Part shown: positions 60,796-64,000 of the stretch, piece by piece
How the letters are laid out: every line of letters begins with the position of its first letter
How positions within the stretch are numbered: position 1 is the first letter of the stretch
Assembly: GCA_938014245.1 (NCBI GenBank)
Contig: CALLSD010000060.1
Location: forward strand, 44,863-108,862
Source of the DNA: an uncultured Actinomyces sp.
GTDB taxonomy: Bacteria > Actinomycetota > Actinomycetes > Actinomycetales > Actinomycetaceae
Reading direction: 5' to 3'
DNA length: 64,000 nt
Notes under the pieces: generated by a model
Database searches by the model: none
Told to the model about the DNA's origin: nothing
What the model saw: the letters and a program-made list of their open reading frames with translations, nothing else
Translations under genes and position numbers: made by a program

Positions 60796-61466
60796 CGACA
60801 ACCGCTTTAGTTGTTGATGATGAACCTCAGATTTTGATGATCATCAAGTTTGCCCTTGAAACCGCGGGTATTACGGTAGAGACCGCCAGTGATGGTGGGC
60901 GTGCATGGGATAAATTCACGAAGAAGTACTACGACCTCGTCGTACTCGACTTAATGATTCCCGTGATCTCTGGAATTTCGCTTGCGCAAAGAATCCGTGC
61001 AATGAGTGACGTTCCGATCATCATGATTACTGCTTTGTCAGAAGAGTCTGACCGGATCAAAGGACTTGAAAGCGGCGCAGACGACTACATCACCAAACCG
61101 TTTAGTCCCAAAGAGTTGACCTTGCGCGCGCAATCCCTTCTTCGGCGTTCAAAGGGGCTGACATCTGAGGTAGTGACGAACGGCCCTTTGCGTGTTGATA
61201 TGCGTCAGCACAAGGCGTTTGTTTTTGGTGTCCCCGTTGTCCTCTCAAGCATTGAGAGGCGTTTCCTCGAAGTGCTTGTGCAAAATCTTGGCGAGCCCGT
61301 CACCTATCGCGAACTGCTGAATTCCGTATGGGAAACGCAGGATGAGTCGGGTGGAAAAGACATGATCAAGATGACGGCGTATCGTCTGCGGGGATCGCTA
61401 GGCCCAGAAGGGGCCGCCCTCGTTCAATCGGTTCGCTCCGTCGGCTACATGATGCCCGAACTTTAG
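60792..61466 (+). CDS. OmpR-family response regulator
   Basis: VVDDE, LDLMIP, GADDYITKPF, winged helix VRSVGY. Confidence 0.92.
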   Translation: MTTTALVVDDEPQILMIIKFALETAGITVETASDGGRAWDKFTKKYYDLVVLDLMIPVISGISLAQRIRAMSDVPIIMITALSEESDRIKGLESGADDYITKPFSPKELTLRAQSLLRRSKGLTSEVVTNGPLRVDMRQHKAFVFGVPVVLSSIERRFLEVLVQNLGEPVTYRELLNSVWETQDESGGKDMIKMTAYRLRGSLGPEGAALVQSVRSVGYMMPEL

Positions 61467-61597
61467 TAACACCTTAGTTACCAGCCGTTACCGCAGTGCC
61501 GCTATCGGGTGCATCCGAGAGTCCACAATGGACCTGAGAGAGCACGCCTGCGAAGTCGATGCTCCTTACAGATTCCTCGATTCAAAGGAGAATCCCG

Positions 61598-62656
61598 ATG
61601 AAGAAGAACTTCATCTCCCTGATTGCACTCGGCGCAGTCGGAGCCTTCACCCTGTCCGGATGCATCGTCAATGAACAGGGCAGTGACAACAACGGCGGAA
61701 ACGGATCCGAGCAGTCTTTGACCATCGCGTGTGGTGCAATGGAAGATCTCTGCCAGAAGTGGACCGAGACTTTCACCGCGCAGACCGGAATCAAGACGAG
61801 CTACGTTCGCCTGTCTTCGGGTGAAACCGTTGCACGTCTGGACTCGGCCAAGGACAACCCGGAGTTCGACGTCTGGCACGGCGGCCCCGTGGATGGCTAT
61901 GGTGCAGCAGTCGAAAAGGGCCTGATCGAGGCCTACGATTCCCCGACCGCAAAGGAAATTCCGGACAAGTACAAGGATCCGAACCACAACTGGACCGGTG
62001 TCTACGTGGGCGTTCTGGGCTTCTGCTCGAACAAGAAGGTCCTGGACGAAAGGGGCTTGGCTGTTCCCGAATCGTGGAGCGACCTCCTCAAGCCTGAGCT
62101 CAAGGGGCAGGTCTCGACCGCACACCCCTCGACCTCGGGTACCGCTTTCACGACACTCTGGACCCAGGTCGTTCTTGGTGGTAGCGAGAATGCAGGCATC
62201 GATTACATGAAGAAGATGCACGCCAATGTTCTGCAGTACACCAAGTCCGGTACTGCTCCCGGCCAGATTGCCGGCCGCGGTGAGGTCGCAGTTGGCCTCG
62301 TCTTCTCGCACGACTGCGTGAAGTACCGTGACGAGGGCATGAAGGACCTGGTCGTCTCCTTCCCGAAGGAAGGCACCGGCTACGAGATCGGTGGTGTTGC
62401 TCTGATTAAGAACTCGAAGCACTCCGAAGCCGCGAAGAAGTACATCGACTGGGCAATTTCTGCTGACGCTCAGAACATCGGTCAGACGGTTGGATCGAAC
62501 CAGATTCTCACCAACCCGAATGCTAAGACCAATGACAAGATGGCCAAGCTCGACGAAATCAACTTGATCGACTACAACTTTGCCGCAGCCGCGGCTGCAA
62601 AGCCTGAATTGACCAAGCGCTTCGACGAAGAGGTTGCCGCTAAGCCGCGCGAGTAA
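61598..62656 (+). CDS. AfuA/FbpA-family ABC substrate-binding lipoprotein
   Basis: Lipobox LSGC; DVWHGG, PSTSGTA, QYTKSG, FSHD, EGTGYEIGG. Confidence 0.88.
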   Translation: MKKNFISLIALGAVGAFTLSGCIVNEQGSDNNGGNGSEQSLTIACGAMEDLCQKWTETFTAQTGIKTSYVRLSSGETVARLDSAKDNPEFDVWHGGPVDGYGAAVEKGLIEAYDSPTAKEIPDKYKDPNHNWTGVYVGVLGFCSNKKVLDERGLAVPESWSDLLKPELKGQVSTAHPSTSGTAFTTLWTQVVLGGSENAGIDYMKKMHANVLQYTKSGTAPGQIAGRGEVAVGLVFSHDCVKYRDEGMKDLVVSFPKEGTGYEIGGVALIKNSKHSEAAKKYIDWAISADAQNIGQTVGSNQILTNPNAKTNDKMAKLDEINLIDYNFAAAAAAKPELTKRFDEEVAAKPRE

Positions 62657-62669
62657 TTCGCGCTTCAGC

Positions 62670-62725
62670 GGGAGGGGGCAGCGCTCAACATGTCCCTGCG
62701 TTGTCCCCTCCCTTCTCTCTTTCTT
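62670..62725 (+). terminator. Intercistronic terminator-like hairpin after the substrate-binding gene
   Basis: GGGAGGGGGCAGCGC..GCGTTGTCCCCTCCC followed by TTCTCTCTTTCTT. Confidence 0.55.
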
Positions 62726-62812
62726 GATCTGTGCGCCCGCTGATGGGTGCGCCCAATGCAGGGAAAACCCGCCTCAAAGATGTGCGGACATCCCGTAAAG
62801 ATTGGATTTTTA

Positions 62813-64000
62813 ATGTCTGTGGAGACAAGTGCACCACCGAGCGTTGGTGCGCGGGGGGAGGAAACCCCTGAAACGCGCGCAGTGGCCTCGGGAAAGAAAA
62901 AACGAACAAAGGTTCGTCGTGATCCGGTGACTGTCGCGATCGTTGCGATCATTTCAGCGGTGTTGGTACTGCTGGTGCTGTTGCCTCTGGTCACGATTTT
63001 GGCTCGCGCATTTTCGGGCGAAGGAATGAAGGTTCTGACCTCCTTCGTCTCCTCGAAGACTAACCGCACGATTGCCCTGAACACGATTGTCCTGGGCTTG
63101 GTCGTCGGTCTTGTCGGAACTCTTGTTGGTTTCTTCTTCGCTTACATTCAGGCTCGCGTGAAGATCCCCGGCAAGAAGATCCTGCACCTCATCTGCTTGA
63201 TCCCGATCGTTTCGCCGCCCTTCGCTGTGGCAACGTCCGCGATCACTCTGTTTGGACGCAACGGAATCATCTCCACTCAGCTGCTCGGTCAGCAGTGGAA
63301 CATCTACGGCCTCTCTGGCCTGACTCTGGTTCTTTCTCTCTCTTTCTTCCCTGTTGCGTACATGAACATGCTCGGCATGCTCAAGAATCTGGATCCCGCA
63401 ATGGAGGAGGCCGCGGCCTCCCTGGGTGCATCCTCGTGGAAGATTTTCCGCACGGTTACCCTCCCCATGCTGATCCCCGGCTTCGCAGCCTCGTTCCTCC
63501 TCCTCTTCGTCGAGGCGATCGCTGACTTGGCGAACCCCTTGGTCATCGGTGGTGACTTTACGGTCTTGGCTTCGCGCGCATACATCGCGGTCAACGGTGA
63601 GTACAACACTGCTGCCGGTTCGGCTTACTCGCTGATCCTCTTGGTTCCTGCGCTCTTGGTCTTCCTTCTGCAGCGCTACTGGTCGGGTCGTTCTTCAGCG
63701 GTGACCGTGACCGGTAAGCCCGCTGGCCGCGTTCGCATGGTGACTTCTCTTGCCGCTCGCATTCCTTTGGGCGCAGTGACTGCCGCGCTGGCACTTTTCG
63801 TTGTGACGATTTACGCGACGGTTATTGTGGGTGCATTCGTCTCGATCTTGGGCGTTGACAATACCTTCACTCTCAAGAACTTCAAGTACGTGCTCTCGGG
63901 TATCGGTAACGATGCGATGGTGGATACGACCATCTTGGCCCTGATTGCTACGCCGATTGCTGGCGTGCTTGGCATGATCGTCGCGTGGTTGGTTGTCGTG
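62813..64000 (+). CDS. AfuB/FbpB-type ABC permease; 3' end outside the window
   Basis: Open frame from ATG 62813 (MSVETS..); IVSPPFA, EAA loop MEEAAASLGAS, many TMs. Confidence 0.85.
   Translation, partial: MSVETSAPPSVGARGEETPETRAVASGKKKRTKVRRDPVTVAIVAIISAVLVLLVLLPLVTILARAFSGEGMKVLTSFVSSKTNRTIALNTIVLGLVVGLVGTLVGFFFAYIQARVKIPGKKILHLICLIPIVSPPFAVATSAITLFGRNGIISTQLLGQQWNIYGLSGLTLVLSLSFFPVAYMNMLGMLKNLDPAMEEAAASLGASSWKIFRTVTLPMLIPGFAASFLLLFVEAIADLANPLVIGGDFTVLASRAYIAVNGEYNTAAGSAYSLILLVPALLVFLLQRYWSGRSSAVTVTGKPAGRVRMVTSLAARIPLGAVTAALALFVVTIYATVIVGAFVSILGVDNTFTLKNFKYVLSGIGNDAMVDTTILALIATPIAGVLGMIVAWLVVV

Overview
A GC-rich actinobacterial chromosome segment, most likely Actinomycetaceae (Schaalia/Actinomyces-like). 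This is inferred from LAxTG sortase anchors, AdnAB, DUF3117/DUF3107 genes and leaderless promoters. In order it holds: (1) a 13.7-kb co-oriented extracellular-DNA/nucleoside salvage cluster (wall-anchored ExeM-type nuclease and 5'-nucleotidase, BMP-ABC importer, cdd-deoA-deoD-deoC-mutase); (2) an alpha-amylase, TetR, tRNA-Gln, a C-terminally truncated glmU, prs, rplY, manC, a degenerate second BMP, LOG and DUF3117; (3) a Corynebacterium/enteric-type trp operon with a WWW leader-peptide attenuator, a TrpC-TrpB fusion, no trpF, and a diverged HisA/PriA-fold gene at its end; (4) core genes (O-methyltransferase, mrp, DUF1003, MgtE-N, pepP, PHP, marC); (5) an accessory block (glgP, YtrA/ABC/CAAX, a membrane-anchored Schlafen/AlbA_2 gene split by one in-frame TAG, DUF2249, ankyrin protein); (6) a DEAD helicase, adnAB, an APH-like probable pseudokinase and gdhA; (7) a two-component system with an AfuA-like ABC importer running off the window end. 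I saw no CRISPR array, IS element, integrase or prophage. All family calls come from motif recognition by eye; no database search was run.
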